Assembly: GCA_963702845.1 (NCBI GenBank)
Contig: OY969763.1
Span: 1,312,001-1,376,000 of the forward strand
Source of the DNA: an uncultured Verrucomicrobiae bacterium
GTDB lineage: Bacteria > Verrucomicrobiota > Verrucomicrobiia > Limisphaerales > Palsa-1400
DNA length: 64,000 bases
Direction of reading: 5' to 3'
Below are positions 28,970-39,682 of this stretch, one piece after another. The notes under the pieces are model-generated. The model saw only the letters and a program-made list of their open reading frames with translations, had not been told where the DNA came from and did not search any database. Within the stretch, counting starts at the first letter, position 1. Each line of letters starts with the position of its first letter. The position numbers and the translations under genes were made by a program.

Positions 28970-29434
28970 TTACTTAACTTTAGTATACAACCTGTGTTGA
29001 GCGTCGCGGTAGGGGGCTAAAAAGGTATCATTGTCGGCCATGGTTTTTTGGACGAGCTGGCCGATGAGTTGCATCTCCGAAGGATTCACTACGCAATGCA
29101 CGCTTTGGGCGAAGGCTTGCATGGTGTTGAGGGTTTCAAATTGTTCGCCGATGAGCAGAAAAACGACGTGCCGACGTTGGACCATCTGCATACGTTGGAC
29201 CAGTCGGAGACTGTGGTTTTCGCCAGGTGCGCTGTTGGCAAAGGTTTCTTCAACGATGACGATGTGGTAATTGACCTGGTTTAAACGGGTGTTGAAATGG
29301 GCGTGGGTGTCGACGTTGTGGACTTTGTAGCCCATGTCGACCAAGGAAGCGCGGGTTTGGGCCAGGTTCTCCGGGTTGCTGATGGCAAGCAGCGCCGGGC
29401 GATCTACTGGACTTATAAAATCAAATTCTTCCAT
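28970..29434 (-). CDS. Hypothetical receiver-like protein in the pilT operon
   Basis: Co-oriented after the pilT genes; alpha/beta pattern. Confidence 0.65.
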   Translation of the reverse strand: MEEFDFISPVDRPALLAISNPENLAQTRASLVDMGYKVHNVDTHAHFNTRLNQVNYHIVIVEETFANSAPGENHSLRLVQRMQMVQRRHVVFLLIGEQFETLNTMQAFAQSVHCVVNPSEMQLIGQLVQKTMADNDTFLAPYRDAQHRLYTKVK

Positions 29435-29457
29435 ATAGTTACTTCAGTTGGAATGGG

Positions 29458-30711
29458 CTATTTCAGTTTCAACCCTTGCATCTGCATAGGCGCGGAGGTT
29501 GTTGTGCCGCGTTTGCCATTGCCATTGACCTCGGGAATTCTCATCTTCAGTTCGCCGAACTGCGCGATGTCTTCGCCGCGTTTCTTTTTGATGTTATCGA
29601 TGCCCCGCGCGACGTATCCGCGCTTCGTGGCGTAGAGCAGGGCGGTTTCTTCGGTGACGGTGTTTTGTTCGTAGGCCTCAAGGCAAGCGGAGTCAAAGGT
29701 TTTCCAGCCGAACGTTTCGCTGGCGGTAGTGATTTCGTAGAATGATTTTCCTTCGCTTTCGCCGTGCACGATTGTTTCTTTAGTGCGGAGGTTGTTGCCC
29801 ATGATTTCGAGAAGGGCATGACGCCCGCCACCAATGCGGGGCGCGAGGCGCTGGCCGATAACCCACCGAAGAGTGTCGGCGAGGCGGAAGCGCACTTGTT
29901 CTTGTTCCTCGGGTTCGAACATACCGAGAATACGGTTAATGGTCTGGCCGGCGTCAATGGTGTGCAGGGTGCTCAGGACGAGATGGCCGGTTTCGGCGGC
30001 GCTCAGAGCGATTTCGACGGTTTGGCGATCGCGCATTTCACCGACGAATATAATTTTGGGCGCCTGGCGCAATGCAGCACGTAAGCCGGTGGCAAAATCG
30101 CTGAAATCATTGCCCATTTCGCGTTGGTTGATCGTGGCTACTTTCTGCGGGTGCACGAATTCGACCGGATCCTCGAGTGTGACGATATGGACGGAGCGAT
30201 TTTCGTTAACGTGATTGAGCAGGGCGGCGGTAGTGGTTGATTTACCGGAACCGGTAGCGCCTGTGATGAGCACCATTCCCACCTTCTCCTTCGCGACTTC
30301 ACGAAAAATGGGCGGAAGTTGCAGGGCGTCGAGCGTCGGAACTTCTGTGTTCAACTTACGCATGACGACCGAGACGTTGCCACGTTGCGAGAAAATGTTC
30401 ACACGGAAGCGAGCAATATCGGCCAGGCTGTAACCGGCGTCGCAAGAGCCGGTGCGGAGGAGATCTTCGGTCAGGCGCGGATTGCTATTGATGATATTGA
30501 GCGCGATCGATTCGACCTGGTAAGGAGTCAGCGAGTCAATTGGCGGAGTGGTGTAAACGGGATTCAGGTCACCGCTTTGTTCAACCTGCAACGGTTTGTC
30601 GACGGTGAAATTGAAATCAGAGACATCCTTTTTGCCGCTCAAGATCGCCCCGGTTTCCTTGGCGGAATCAAGCATCGTCGCGAGAATGTAATCTAGTTCG
30701 GGTCGGCGCAT
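29458..30711 (-). CDS. PilT/PilU-family type IV pilus retraction ATPase (second paralogue)
   Basis: GATGSGKST, TLEDPVE, AALRQAP, VGEMRD, AETGHLVLSTLH. Confidence 0.93.
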   Translation of the reverse strand: MRRPELDYILATMLDSAKETGAILSGKKDVSDFNFTVDKPLQVEQSGDLNPVYTTPPIDSLTPYQVESIALNIINSNPRLTEDLLRTGSCDAGYSLADIARFRVNIFSQRGNVSVVMRKLNTEVPTLDALQLPPIFREVAKEKVGMVLITGATGSGKSTTTAALLNHVNENRSVHIVTLEDPVEFVHPQKVATINQREMGNDFSDFATGLRAALRQAPKIIFVGEMRDRQTVEIALSAAETGHLVLSTLHTIDAGQTINRILGMFEPEEQEQVRFRLADTLRWVIGQRLAPRIGGGRHALLEIMGNNLRTKETIVHGESEGKSFYEITTASETFGWKTFDSACLEAYEQNTVTEETALLYATKRGYVARGIDNIKKKRGEDIAQFGELKMRIPEVNGNGKRGTTTSAPMQMQGLKLK

Positions 30712-30728
30712 AGTCTCTCGTCTTTAGT

Positions 30729-31820
30729 TTATTCCTCATCTTCCGGCGGATTGGCCAGGAAGGGACGGAATTTCTTTTTGTCGATACACTTATCGTAAGC
30801 GTCTTCGGCAGAAATGTGTTTTTGTTTCAAGTGGTCCATGATCGCGTCGTCGAGCGGGGTGTTCCCGTATTTCTTGCCGACTTGAATCATGCCCGGAATT
30901 TGGTGCGTCTTGCCTTCGCGAACGAGGTTGGCGACGGCGGTGTTGAAGACGAGCACTTCGAGCGCGGCAACACGGCCTTTTTTATCGATGCGCTTGAAAA
31001 GGTTTTGGGCGACGACGCCTTTAAGTGCTTCGGAGAGCGTGGCGCGAATTTTGTTCTGCTGATCGGCAGGGAATACGTCGATGATACGATCGACCGTCTT
31101 GGCGGCGCTCGGCGTGTGGAGCGTGCCGAAAACCAAGTGACCGGTGCTGGCGGCGACGAGCGCGAGTTCGATCGTTTCAAGGTCGCGCAATTCACCGACC
31201 ATGATGATGTCCGGGTCTTCGCGCAGTGCGCCGCGCAGAGCGGCCGCAAAACCTTTGGTGTGTACGCCGACTTCGCGGTGGTTCACGAGACTGTTTTTGC
31301 TTTCGTGAACAAATTCGATCGGGTCCTCAATGGTGAGGATGTGGTCTTTGCGGTTCCTGTTACAGTAATCGACCATCGCAGCGAGCGTGGTAGATTTACC
31401 GGAACCGGTTGGGCCCGTCACCACGACAAGGCCGCGATGCAGCATGCAAAATTTCTTGAGAACAGCGGGCAGAGGCGCGCCAATTTTTTCAAAATCTTCA
31501 AACGACATCACCTTGCTCGGGATTTGCCGGAACACCGCGCCGATGCCGTATTTTTGTTCGAAGAAGTTAACACGAAAACGCGACAGACCTTCGATTTCAT
31601 AGCCGAAGTCAACGTCGTGAGTTTCTTCAAAAGTCTTAATTTTATAGTCGGGCGCGATTTCGTAGAGCATGGCCTTGAGAGTGTCATTCTCGAGGGGTGG
31701 GAAATCCACACGCTGCAGTTCGCCGTTAATGCGAAGCATCGGCTGATTGCCGGAAGCAAGGTGCAAGTCCGAAGCTTTTTGCTCGAACATCAAATGAAAG
31801 AAGGCGTCGATCTTTGCCAT
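30729..31820 (-). CDS. pilT: Type IV pilus twitching motility ATPase PilT
   Basis: ASDLHL, GPTGSGKSTT, TIEDPIE, ALREDPD, TGHLVFGTLH, NLVREGKTHQI. Confidence 0.95.
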   Translation of the reverse strand: MAKIDAFFHLMFEQKASDLHLASGNQPMLRINGELQRVDFPPLENDTLKAMLYEIAPDYKIKTFEETHDVDFGYEIEGLSRFRVNFFEQKYGIGAVFRQIPSKVMSFEDFEKIGAPLPAVLKKFCMLHRGLVVVTGPTGSGKSTTLAAMVDYCNRNRKDHILTIEDPIEFVHESKNSLVNHREVGVHTKGFAAALRGALREDPDIIMVGELRDLETIELALVAASTGHLVFGTLHTPSAAKTVDRIIDVFPADQQNKIRATLSEALKGVVAQNLFKRIDKKGRVAALEVLVFNTAVANLVREGKTHQIPGMIQVGKKYGNTPLDDAIMDHLKQKHISAEDAYDKCIDKKKFRPFLANPPEDEE

Positions 31821-31928
31821 AGTCTCGCTAGTGAGATAGCAAGTTATCGACCAACTCGCGCGAAGAAGTGGAACCGTTTGGAATTGCGCTGCTTAGAACG
31901 GGTGCAGCGATGCGAAAACCAATGTCGT

Positions 31929-32486
31929 TTACGACAATTCGGCGTGACGGAAGCAGCTCACAATGTGGTCGTTAACCATCCCGGTGGCCTGCATGTGCGC
32001 ATAGCAAATGGTCGAGCCAACAAATTTAAAGCCGCGCGCCTGGAGGTCTTTGCTCATTGCGTCGGATTCTTTAGTCTTGGCCGGGATTTGTTTGCTGACT
32101 TTCCAACGGTTGATCTTCGGCGCGCCATCCGTGAACTGCCATATATACTTGTCGAACGTTCCAAATTCGTCCTGGGTCGCAAGAAAGGCTTTGGCGTTCT
32201 GGACGGCTGCGGCGATTTTCAAACGATTACGAATGATGCCCGCATCAGCCATTAATTTCGCAACTTTCGCTTCGGTGTAGCGCGCGACTTTTTCGGGATC
32301 GAATTGGTCAAACGCTTTGCGGAAGTTCTCGCGCTTTTTCAAAACGCAATACCAGCTCAATCCCGCCTGCATGCCTTCGAGAATGAGGAATTCAAAGAGC
32401 TTGCGATCATCGTGAAGCGGCACGCCCCATTCTTTGTCGTGGTAGGCGATGTAGAGTTCATCGGTTGGCCAGGTGCATCGGGTCAT
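31929..32486 (-). CDS. tag: DNA-3-methyladenine glycosylase I
   Basis: RCTW, YHDKEWG, QAGLSW, IIRNRLKI, GMVNDH. Confidence 0.96.
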   Translation of the reverse strand: MTRCTWPTDELYIAYHDKEWGVPLHDDRKLFEFLILEGMQAGLSWYCVLKKRENFRKAFDQFDPEKVARYTEAKVAKLMADAGIIRNRLKIAAAVQNAKAFLATQDEFGTFDKYIWQFTDGAPKINRWKVSKQIPAKTKESDAMSKDLQARGFKFVGSTICYAHMQATGMVNDHIVSCFRHAELS

Positions 32487-32492
32487 ATCAAT

Positions 32493-33110
32493 TTAGGCGG
32501 CGCGAACGGCGGCGATGAAGTCGCGAACTTTTTTATGGTCCTTTTTGCCGGGAGCCGATTCAACCCCACTCGAAACGTCCACGCCGAACGGCACAACGTG
32601 TTTAACTGCGGCTCCAATATTTTCGGGAGTCAACCCACCGGACAGAAAGATCGGACGTTTAAAGTTTTTCGCTGCGATGGCGAGGTCCCAGTTGAATTTC
32701 TCGCCCGTGCCGCCTTGTTTTCCGGCGACGTAACTATCGAGCAGAAATGCGTCGGTCTCGTAGTTCGCAAGCTCCTGCAGCGTGCTTTCATCCTTCATGC
32801 GGAAGGCTTTCATGCTCATCATGCCGAACTGGCAGCAAAACTCGTTTGTTTCGTCGCCATGGAACTGAAGCATGGTCAATCCGCAATGGGACAGGGCTGT
32901 GCCGACAAGACCGGGCTCCGGATTAACGAAGACCCCAACGCGTATAATATATGGTGGCAGTTGTTGGTGGATGATTTCGGCTTGTTCGAGTGTTACGAAA
33001 CGGGGGCTCTTATCGTAAAACATCAGGCCAATAGCATCGGCCCCTGCTTCCGCAGCGGCCAGAGCGTCTTCGACATTGGTGATACCACAGATTTTTACTT
33101 TAACGTCCAC
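32493..33110 (-). CDS. trpF: Phosphoribosylanthranilate isomerase
   Basis: VKICGIT, SPR, QFHGDE, GGTGEKFNW, SGGLTPEN, VDVSSGVE. Confidence 0.96.
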   Translation of the reverse strand: MDVKVKICGITNVEDALAAAEAGADAIGLMFYDKSPRFVTLEQAEIIHQQLPPYIIRVGVFVNPEPGLVGTALSHCGLTMLQFHGDETNEFCCQFGMMSMKAFRMKDESTLQELANYETDAFLLDSYVAGKQGGTGEKFNWDLAIAAKNFKRPIFLSGGLTPENIGAAVKHVVPFGVDVSSGVESAPGKKDHKKVRDFIAAVRAA

Positions 33111-33256
33111 GTGCCCACAGTTTTCCACACCCGCTGGGAAAATCCAGACTGGGTTAACGGGTAGGGCGTTTCGCTCGGTGATCTCCGTGGTTTAGCGTCC
33201 CGCGTGCTCGCGGAACGAAGTTTGCACATGTCTTCTTCGAAACCGATGTTCTAGGT

Positions 33257-33895
33257 ATGCGACGCATCTTTCTCCTCTCACCGGCTCGGGCCGACGGCGA
33301 GCGGGCACAGATGTTGTTACGTGGCGGCGGCGTTATAGGAGGCAAGCTCCGTCGAGGCGAAGCCATTCCAATCGGAGAAATATTTACCTTCCTGAGCGGA
33401 CTCTATTTTCGCGGCAAAATCGCCTATGCTCGACAATTTGGCGACCCGCCGCGTGGCCTGGCGGGATCGTACGTTATCACCACCAACTGCGGCCTTGTGC
33501 CACCGGAAACAAAATTCACGCTGGCGCAAATGCAGGCTTTGGCAAAAAACCAAATCGACCTTACCGACAAACACTACTGTCACACGTTGCGGAATAGCGC
33601 CGTCGAAATTGCCGAAAAGCTCACCAAACAATCCCAAATCGTTCTCTTGGGCAGCATCGCAACACGCAAGTATGTCGATTTATTATTGGAGGTCTTCGAA
33701 GAACGCCTCTTGTTCCCCATCGAGTTCGTCGGTCGCGGCGATATGAGTCGCGGTGGGCTGTTGCTGCGTTGCGCCCATGATGGTGTGGAATTGAATTATG
33801 TGCCGGTTCGCGGCGCAATCCGGCACGGCGCCAGACCTCCAAAACTTACGCCGCGTCGCTATGGGGCTTTTGGCACTGCGGGCACCAGCAAGTAG
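33257..33895 (+). CDS. Conserved hypothetical protein
   Basis: FLSGLYFRGK, VLLGSIAT, GRGDMSRGGLLLR look like conserved blocks. Confidence 0.7.
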   Translation: MRRIFLLSPARADGERAQMLLRGGGVIGGKLRRGEAIPIGEIFTFLSGLYFRGKIAYARQFGDPPRGLAGSYVITTNCGLVPPETKFTLAQMQALAKNQIDLTDKHYCHTLRNSAVEIAEKLTKQSQIVLLGSIATRKYVDLLLEVFEERLLFPIEFVGRGDMSRGGLLLRCAHDGVELNYVPVRGAIRHGARPPKLTPRRYGAFGTAGTSK

Positions 33896-34656
33896 TTCGG
33901 CCGCCGATGGTGGCGTGTTGGAGCGGCGCTTTATCGCGTGGACATTCGCCGCCGCGTTTCCAGCGGTAATTGAACAACCAATTGTTCGGCAAGTCGCCCC
34001 AATCTTTGCCGACGATGCGCATCGCTTCATTGCACACCAAGCGAACGGAGCCATGAAGTTTTTTGACTTCCGCTGCGCTCAAAGTATTCGGCTTCCTCGA
34101 AGGATGAACCTTCGCTTGCCATAAAATTTCATCGGCCATCCAATTTCCAACACCCGGAAAACCGGCCTGGGCCAGCAACACCGCTTTCAACGGTGCCTTT
34201 CCATGCCGCATCAAGAAATTGCGCATGTGTTCCAGCGTGAATTCCTTCGATAAAACTGAAACAGGCAACTCGTCCCACCAACCCGGCGCATCTTTACTCA
34301 CGCTGAAACGGATTCGTCCGAACTGTCGTGGATCGCTGAAAACCAATGACCGTTTGGCTTGTTGCAGAACCAGATGGTCGTGCTTTTTCGGTTCGTAATC
34401 GGCGGCTTCAACTCGAAGTTCACCGGTCATGCCAAGGTGCAACCCAAGCCACGCATCTTTCGAAAAGCGAAACAGCATCTGTTTGCCGTGCGTCTCGGAA
34501 CGTTGAAGAGCTGCGCCAGTGAGAGTCTTTCGTAATTGTGGGAGATCGCTCCCGCGAAAAATCCGATTCTCATGCGTCAGCACGTGGCGAACTTGTTTCA
34601 CCGATACCGGGATCCCATTGCTTTCGATAGTATTCGACTTCAGCCAATTCAGGCAT
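33846..34656 (-). CDS. Fpg/Nei-family DNA glycosylase; frameshift near 34597
   Basis: True N-terminus MPELAEVE at 34656 is in another frame; HGKQMLF, HLGMTG, DPRQFG, GVGNWMADE, CPR...CPQCQ zinc finger. Confidence 0.9.
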
Positions 34657-34767
34657 GTCGACAGTCTACGCAAACTGAGCAATCCGCCGACCAAAAAAAA
34701 GGCGCATGCCTGAAGTTGTTAGAAAACGATGCGCGGTTAGTTTCGATCAGGGAGGGAACTAAGAATT

Positions 34768-35268
34768 ATGAAAAAATTAACGACAATCCTTTTTGCTATG
34801 GCCTTAGGGGCAATGACTCCACAAATGGTGCGCGCCGCGAACACCGACAATCGTGACGCGGAGTTCATCCGTAAAGCTGCCGAAAGCAATCTGGTCGAAA
34901 TCCAAACCGCTCACATCGCATTGCAACGCAGCCAGAATCCGCAGATCCGGGCTTTTGCTGACAAACTTGTTACGGAGCATGTCCAGGCCAATCAGCAGTT
35001 GCAGCAGATCGCCACTGCCAAAGGCGTGGATTTTCCGAACTCAGCCACCACCGGTAAGAAACACGAAAACCAGCACCTGCAAAACATATCTCCAGCCAAA
35101 TTCGATCGTGAAGTCGTCGATTATTGGGTGAAGGATCACAAGGAAGACATCAAGGAATACGATTCTGCGGCCAAGAAAGCGAAAGATCCGCAAGTCAAAC
35201 AATACGCCGCGGGGCAGTTGCCGACGTTGCAACAACAGCTCGACTCCGCAAAAGCGCTTAAGCCTTAA
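34768..35268 (+). CDS. DUF4142-like secreted protein
   Basis: Signal peptide; FIRKAAESNLVEI, EH, DH ferritin-like pattern. Confidence 0.85.
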   Translation: MKKLTTILFAMALGAMTPQMVRAANTDNRDAEFIRKAAESNLVEIQTAHIALQRSQNPQIRAFADKLVTEHVQANQQLQQIATAKGVDFPNSATTGKKHENQHLQNISPAKFDREVVDYWVKDHKEDIKEYDSAAKKAKDPQVKQYAAGQLPTLQQQLDSAKALKP

Positions 35269-35348
35269 ATAGCAACACCACGAACCTCAACAAGCCGGTG
35301 GTTGGTCATTACAACAACACCACCGGCATTTTGTTGTCCCCCCAATTT

Positions 35349-35855
35349 ATGGACACTGTCGAAAAAATCATCGAAGTGAACGCGCCGCTCAGTGTTGTCT
35401 ACAACCAATGGACGCAATTCGAAACGTTCCCCGAATTCATGGAAACCGTTGAAGAAGTGCAGCAGCTGGATTCCAAACGAGTGCATTGGAAATCAAAATT
35501 CTCGGGGAAAGTGAAGGAGTGGGACGCCGAAATTTTCCAGCAGGAACCCGATTCGTTAATCGCCTGGCGCACGACCTCAGGTCCCGTGCAAACCGGCACC
35601 GTTTCATTTCGCACCCGCAGCCCCAGTCGCACTGAAGTCGCCGTGCGCATCGAATATCAACCCGAAACCCTGGTCGAAAGGCTGGCTGGTCGTTTTGGAA
35701 TCATTGGCCGTCGCCTTAAGAGAGACCTGGAAGCCTTTAAGGAATTCATCCAAAACCGACCCGCCGAAACCGGAGGCTGGCGCGGGCGTATCCACGGCCG
35801 GCATATCGATCAGCCCACTGAACCCCGCAGCAAAAGGCCGGACAGTTTAGGGTGA
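35349..35855 (+). CDS. SRPBCC/polyketide-cyclase family protein
   Basis: VYNQWTQFETFPEFM, WDAEI, DLEAFKEFI, ETGGWRG. Confidence 0.88.
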   Translation: MDTVEKIIEVNAPLSVVYNQWTQFETFPEFMETVEEVQQLDSKRVHWKSKFSGKVKEWDAEIFQQEPDSLIAWRTTSGPVQTGTVSFRTRSPSRTEVAVRIEYQPETLVERLAGRFGIIGRRLKRDLEAFKEFIQNRPAETGGWRGRIHGRHIDQPTEPRSKRPDSLG

Positions 35856-35995
35856 CTGTTTTTTTGACTCAGGGAAACCTTGTCATTAGAATCAGGCGGC
35901 TTCCCTGATTGTCAAACCAACGGTTATCGAGTTTTTTTGACAGGGATTAGTACGCCCGGTTTTTACCATATGGGCGCGGAGGAACTAAAAAAAAT

Positions 35996-36578
35996 ATGAA
36001 ATCAAAACTATTCGTTGCGGCGGCGGCTTTTAGCCTGTGCGCATTTTCAACATTCGCAGAATAGTGTGACGACGACTACCACTACAAGTTGGTGGAACCA
36101 GCATGCGTGTTACGACCGCGATTCTATAAAATACAACGCGAACGAACTTCAACTCGATCTGTTCGGCACCTACAACCATGCCATCGCTAACTTCGATGAC
36201 ATCTTTGAGAATTCATGGAAACATGGCCATTGGGGTGGTGGCGTGGGCATGAATTATTTCTTCACAAGATATATCGGTTTCGGCGCGGACACGTTTTTCC
36301 AGGGGACACGGACATTTCTTCAACAACTGTCGCTGGCAATCTGTTTGTGCGCTTGCCGATCGGTAACTCCGGCTTTGCACCGTACATTTACGGTGGCGCT
36401 GGTTGGCGGGATGGAAGCACGATTCCGTTTGGGACCGATACGTTTACGGCGGATGGTGGCGTCGGCCTTGAATACCGTTTCAACCCGCATCTCGGCCTTT
36501 TCGGTGACGTCCGTTATACCTGGACCGACAAGAACGCTGATGAATGTCTCGCCCGGGCCGGTTTCCGGATCGGACTAA
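35996..36578 (+). CDS. Outer-membrane beta-barrel protein with several frameshifts
   Basis: Signal peptide MKSKLFVAAAAFSLCAFSTFA, then GGGVGMNYFFTRYIGFGAD and FAPYIYGGAG...GVGLEYRF in different frames. Confidence 0.7.
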
Positions 36579-36625
36579 TAATAAATAAATACGCAAAACT
36601 GCAGACGTGCAGTCGCGCATTGAAC

Positions 36626-36667
36626 CGAGCGCCCCGACACCAAATGTCGGGGCGCTCGTTCTGTTTT
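36626..36667 (+). terminator. Rho-independent terminator
   Basis: 14-bp stem CGAGCGCCCCGACA/TGTCGGGGCGCTCG, 5-nt loop, then TTCTGTTTT. Confidence 0.8.
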
Positions 36668-36721
36668 GCCCAAAAGCTGAATTGCTAACCGGGGCTATTT
36701 CTGGCAAACAATCTCGCTCTT

Positions 36722-38294
36722 ATGGTGAAAGTCTTTTGTAAATCGCTGGCCTTGGTTGCAATTGGGGTCGGCGTTTTTGTTGTCATGCCGCGGACGAGAA
36801 TGACCCCGTTGTCGGCTCGTTATCATTTCATCGGCACGTCTCAGCTCACGGCTAAAAATTACGATACACCCGCAAAGTCTTCAACCTGCCCAGTTCGGTT
36901 GAATACCGCGATCTCGTGTTAAACCGGTCTCGCCGGACAAATCGCCGTCATTCGATTTCCGAAAATTCTGCCGTAGTCCGCGCCGATGTTGAACGATCTC
37001 TTGCCAACGAATCAACTGGTCTTTTCGGCGTGCCCGGTGCCGGAGCCCGAATCTTTCGTCATCGCCGCTCGCACTTCCAACAGATCGCGCCGCAGTCTGG
37101 AAACAGAATCTCGGCAAGTCCTCCGACAATGTTAATTCAGTGCATCGTCCATCAAGAGGGCGAATGGTTGATCGTCGCGCGCGGCGCGGCGTTGAAAACA
37201 GCAGAAGACAAATTTACTGCCGAAATCCGTAAAAATCATCGTCCGGTGCCCGGCGTTGAAGGACACCATTCTCGAAGCAAACATCGATTGGCCGCGCTTG
37301 AGCAACGTTCCGGCATCGCTGCGCTGCCGTTCAAACCGGCCGTGCTCAAATCAAAGTCTCTCCGAAAGGCAACCATCTTCGCACCGAAGTTCACGCGCAT
37401 TATCCGCAAGCGATCGCATGGAAATCGCAGCAATGGCAACTGCCCACCGAAACCATCCACGATCCCTTGTGAGTTTCACCGCCGGACAAGACGTCGGCTG
37501 CGTTTATGAAGCCGTCGCAATTGGCGAGCGCATCGGCGAAAATCCGTTCACCAACCAATTTTTCCTCTGGGCCAATCTGAACCTTCCGTTCGAAACTTCG
37601 GCGCTGTTCCCGATGAAAAACGCGCAGCGCCACTTGCAATCACTGGGTCGGGAATTGCCTACCAGGTTCAATGCGGAATTGAAGAAGAACTATAATGGCC
37701 AATTGAAATACCTCGAAGAGAACAAACAATTGGTCTGGCAGGGGGTGCCAATCCTCGCTCCATTCGTCAAGCCGATTCACGAAAAAGCCGGAGACTTTTT
37801 TTGCGTTGGAACGTTCGCATTCAATCGCCAGGGCCGCGCCCGCCCGCCGGAACTCTGGTCGCAATTCAAAGGACGCACCGATCTGGTATATTACGACTGG
37901 GAAATTGCTGGTCCGCGGTTTGCTGCAGTGGCGCATGGTCAGGCCGTTGTTGCCGATCTTCCCTGTGAAACGCGCCGGCGAAGATTCAGTTCCGCGCATC
38001 ACAAAAACTAACAAGGTGTCACATACCCCCACGGCTATCGTGGACAGTTGGATCAGTGATTTGATCCCGGGCTCTCGCCATCAAATAAAATCACTCGAAT
38101 GGCAACGTCGTGACCGAGATGACTCGCAACAGCGCCACCGATTACACGGTCGTTCGCAGTTCTCAATTTGGTTTTACCGGCATCGAGTTGTTCCTGTTGT
38201 CCCATTGGCTTGCTGATACACATCCGATGGAAGTGCGACGACCGGCACGCCGGTATCAATGCCCCCAGGATCCGTCCGCGTGCCTGTAAAATAA
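36722..38294 (+). pseudogene. Secreted hypothetical protein gene fragmented by many frameshifts
   Basis: Signal-like start; protein-like segments alternate among the three + frames (e.g. QFFLWANLNLPFE, KGRTDLVYYDWEI). Confidence 0.55.
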
Positions 38295-38327
38295 CTGGGC
38301 CGCGAACGTGTAGCTTACGAACACGCT

Positions 38328-39065
38328 ATGTTGAAATTCGGCGTAAACATCGACCACGTAGCCACGCTCCGTGAAGCGCGCTATCGCGGACTCGCCAAAG
38401 GCGAGCCCGACCCGATTGGCGCGGCCATCGTCTGTGAAGCCGCGGGTTGCGATGGCATTACTGCACATCTGCGCGAAGACCGCCGTCACATGCAGGACCG
38501 CGACATCACGCGTCTGCGCGACGTCGTAAAGACGCGGCTCAATTTAGAGATGGCGAACTCGCCAGAGATCATTGCCTTCGCCTTGAAAACCAAGCCCGAG
38601 ATCGTTTGCATTGTCCCGGAGCGCCGGCAAGAGGTGACGACGGAAGGTGGATTGGACGCCGCCGGCCATCGCGCCTCGTTGACCGAGACCTGCAAAAAAA
38701 TGAAGGACGCCGGGATCGAAGTCAGTCTGTTCATCGCGCCCGATCCCGCGCAGGTGGAGGCGTCAGCACAAATTGGTGCGCAATTCATCGAGCTTCACAC
38801 AGGTTCGTTTGCTGAACATTTCGATGATCCGGCTGCGCAGAAACGTGAGCTGGATCGACTCATTGCAGCCGCCAACCAGGCACATCAACTCGGGCTGAAA
38901 GTGAATGCCGGGCACGGCTTGAATTACAAGAACACAGAAGTTTTGTTTGCCGTCCCGCACATGGTTGAGTTGAACATCGGCCACAGTATCATCAGCCGCG
39001 CTGTGTTTGTCGGCCTCGACCGCGCCGTCCGCGAGATGTTAGGCATCATGGAGAAATATCCCTAA
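38328..39065 (+). CDS. pdxJ: Pyridoxine 5'-phosphate synthase
   Basis: [40 protein letters not shown]. Confidence 0.97.
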   Translation: MLKFGVNIDHVATLREARYRGLAKGEPDPIGAAIVCEAAGCDGITAHLREDRRHMQDRDITRLRDVVKTRLNLEMANSPEIIAFALKTKPEIVCIVPERRQEVTTEGGLDAAGHRASLTETCKKMKDAGIEVSLFIAPDPAQVEASAQIGAQFIELHTGSFAEHFDDPAAQKRELDRLIAAANQAHQLGLKVNAGHGLNYKNTEVLFAVPHMVELNIGHSIISRAVFVGLDRAVREMLGIMEKYP

Positions 39066-39068
39066 GCC

Positions 39069-39446
39069 ATGATCCTTGGCACCGGCATCGACATCATCGA
39101 AGTCGAACGCATTGAAGCGTCGCACGAAAAGTTTGGAGAGCGATTTCTCAATCGCATCCTCGTTCCCGGTGAGATGGAATATTGCCTCTCCCACAAGAAG
39201 CCCGGCCCCTTTCTCGCGGCGCGATTTGCCGCGAAGGAAGCTGTCTCAAAAGCCTTCGGTACGGGCATCGGCGCGCACCTCAGTTGGCAGGACATTGAAG
39301 TGAAGCGCAAAGAATCCGGAGAACCCTACGTCGTCATGCATGGCAAAGGCGCGGAGCTGCTGAAACAACGTGGCGCCCGCATCGTGCACCTCACCATCAG
39401 CCACACCGAAAAGCACGCCACCGCCATGGCGATCCTTGAATCGTAA
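39069..39446 (+). CDS. acpS: Holo-ACP synthase
   Basis: GTGIDIIE, RFAAKEAVSKAFGTG, TISH. Confidence 0.96.
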   Translation: MILGTGIDIIEVERIEASHEKFGERFLNRILVPGEMEYCLSHKKPGPFLAARFAAKEAVSKAFGTGIGAHLSWQDIEVKRKESGEPYVVMHGKGAELLKQRGARIVHLTISHTEKHATAMAILES

Positions 39447-39514
39447 TCTGCAAGCACCGTAGGTGCGGAATTGTCTATGATTCCTTTCTGGAGAAATACA
39501 GTAGCTACAAAAAC

Positions 39515-39586
39515 TTGACAGACAATCTCGTCACTCTGTATAATGTAGTTCGGAAATTCCTAATGAATTTCCGAACTACATTATAC
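39515..39586 (+). promoter_or_regulatory. Consensus sigma70 promoter overlapped by a perfect 22-bp inverted repeat
   Basis: TTGACA 39515-39520, N18, TATAAT 39539-39544; repeat arms 39538-39559 and 39565-39586. Confidence 0.6.
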
Positions 39587-39682
39587 CTGCCGGAGCGACA
39601 TGGCTTTTACTTTGTAAGTGATTGAACGTGTGTAGTTTGCAAGAGTTTCGTTTTATACGTCTCAAGTCTAAAAACGCTGAGA

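Noticed and set aside
30816..32255. 479-aa + strand ORF
   Set aside because: Antisense shadow of pilT and tag, with no recognisable motifs. The same applies to 42204-43316, 49415-50560 and other long antisense ORFs.
39538..39586. dif (XerCD) site or telomere-resolvase site
   Set aside because: No TTATGTTAAAT-like XerD arm; the palindrome has a 5-nt loop; no resolvase gene nearby.
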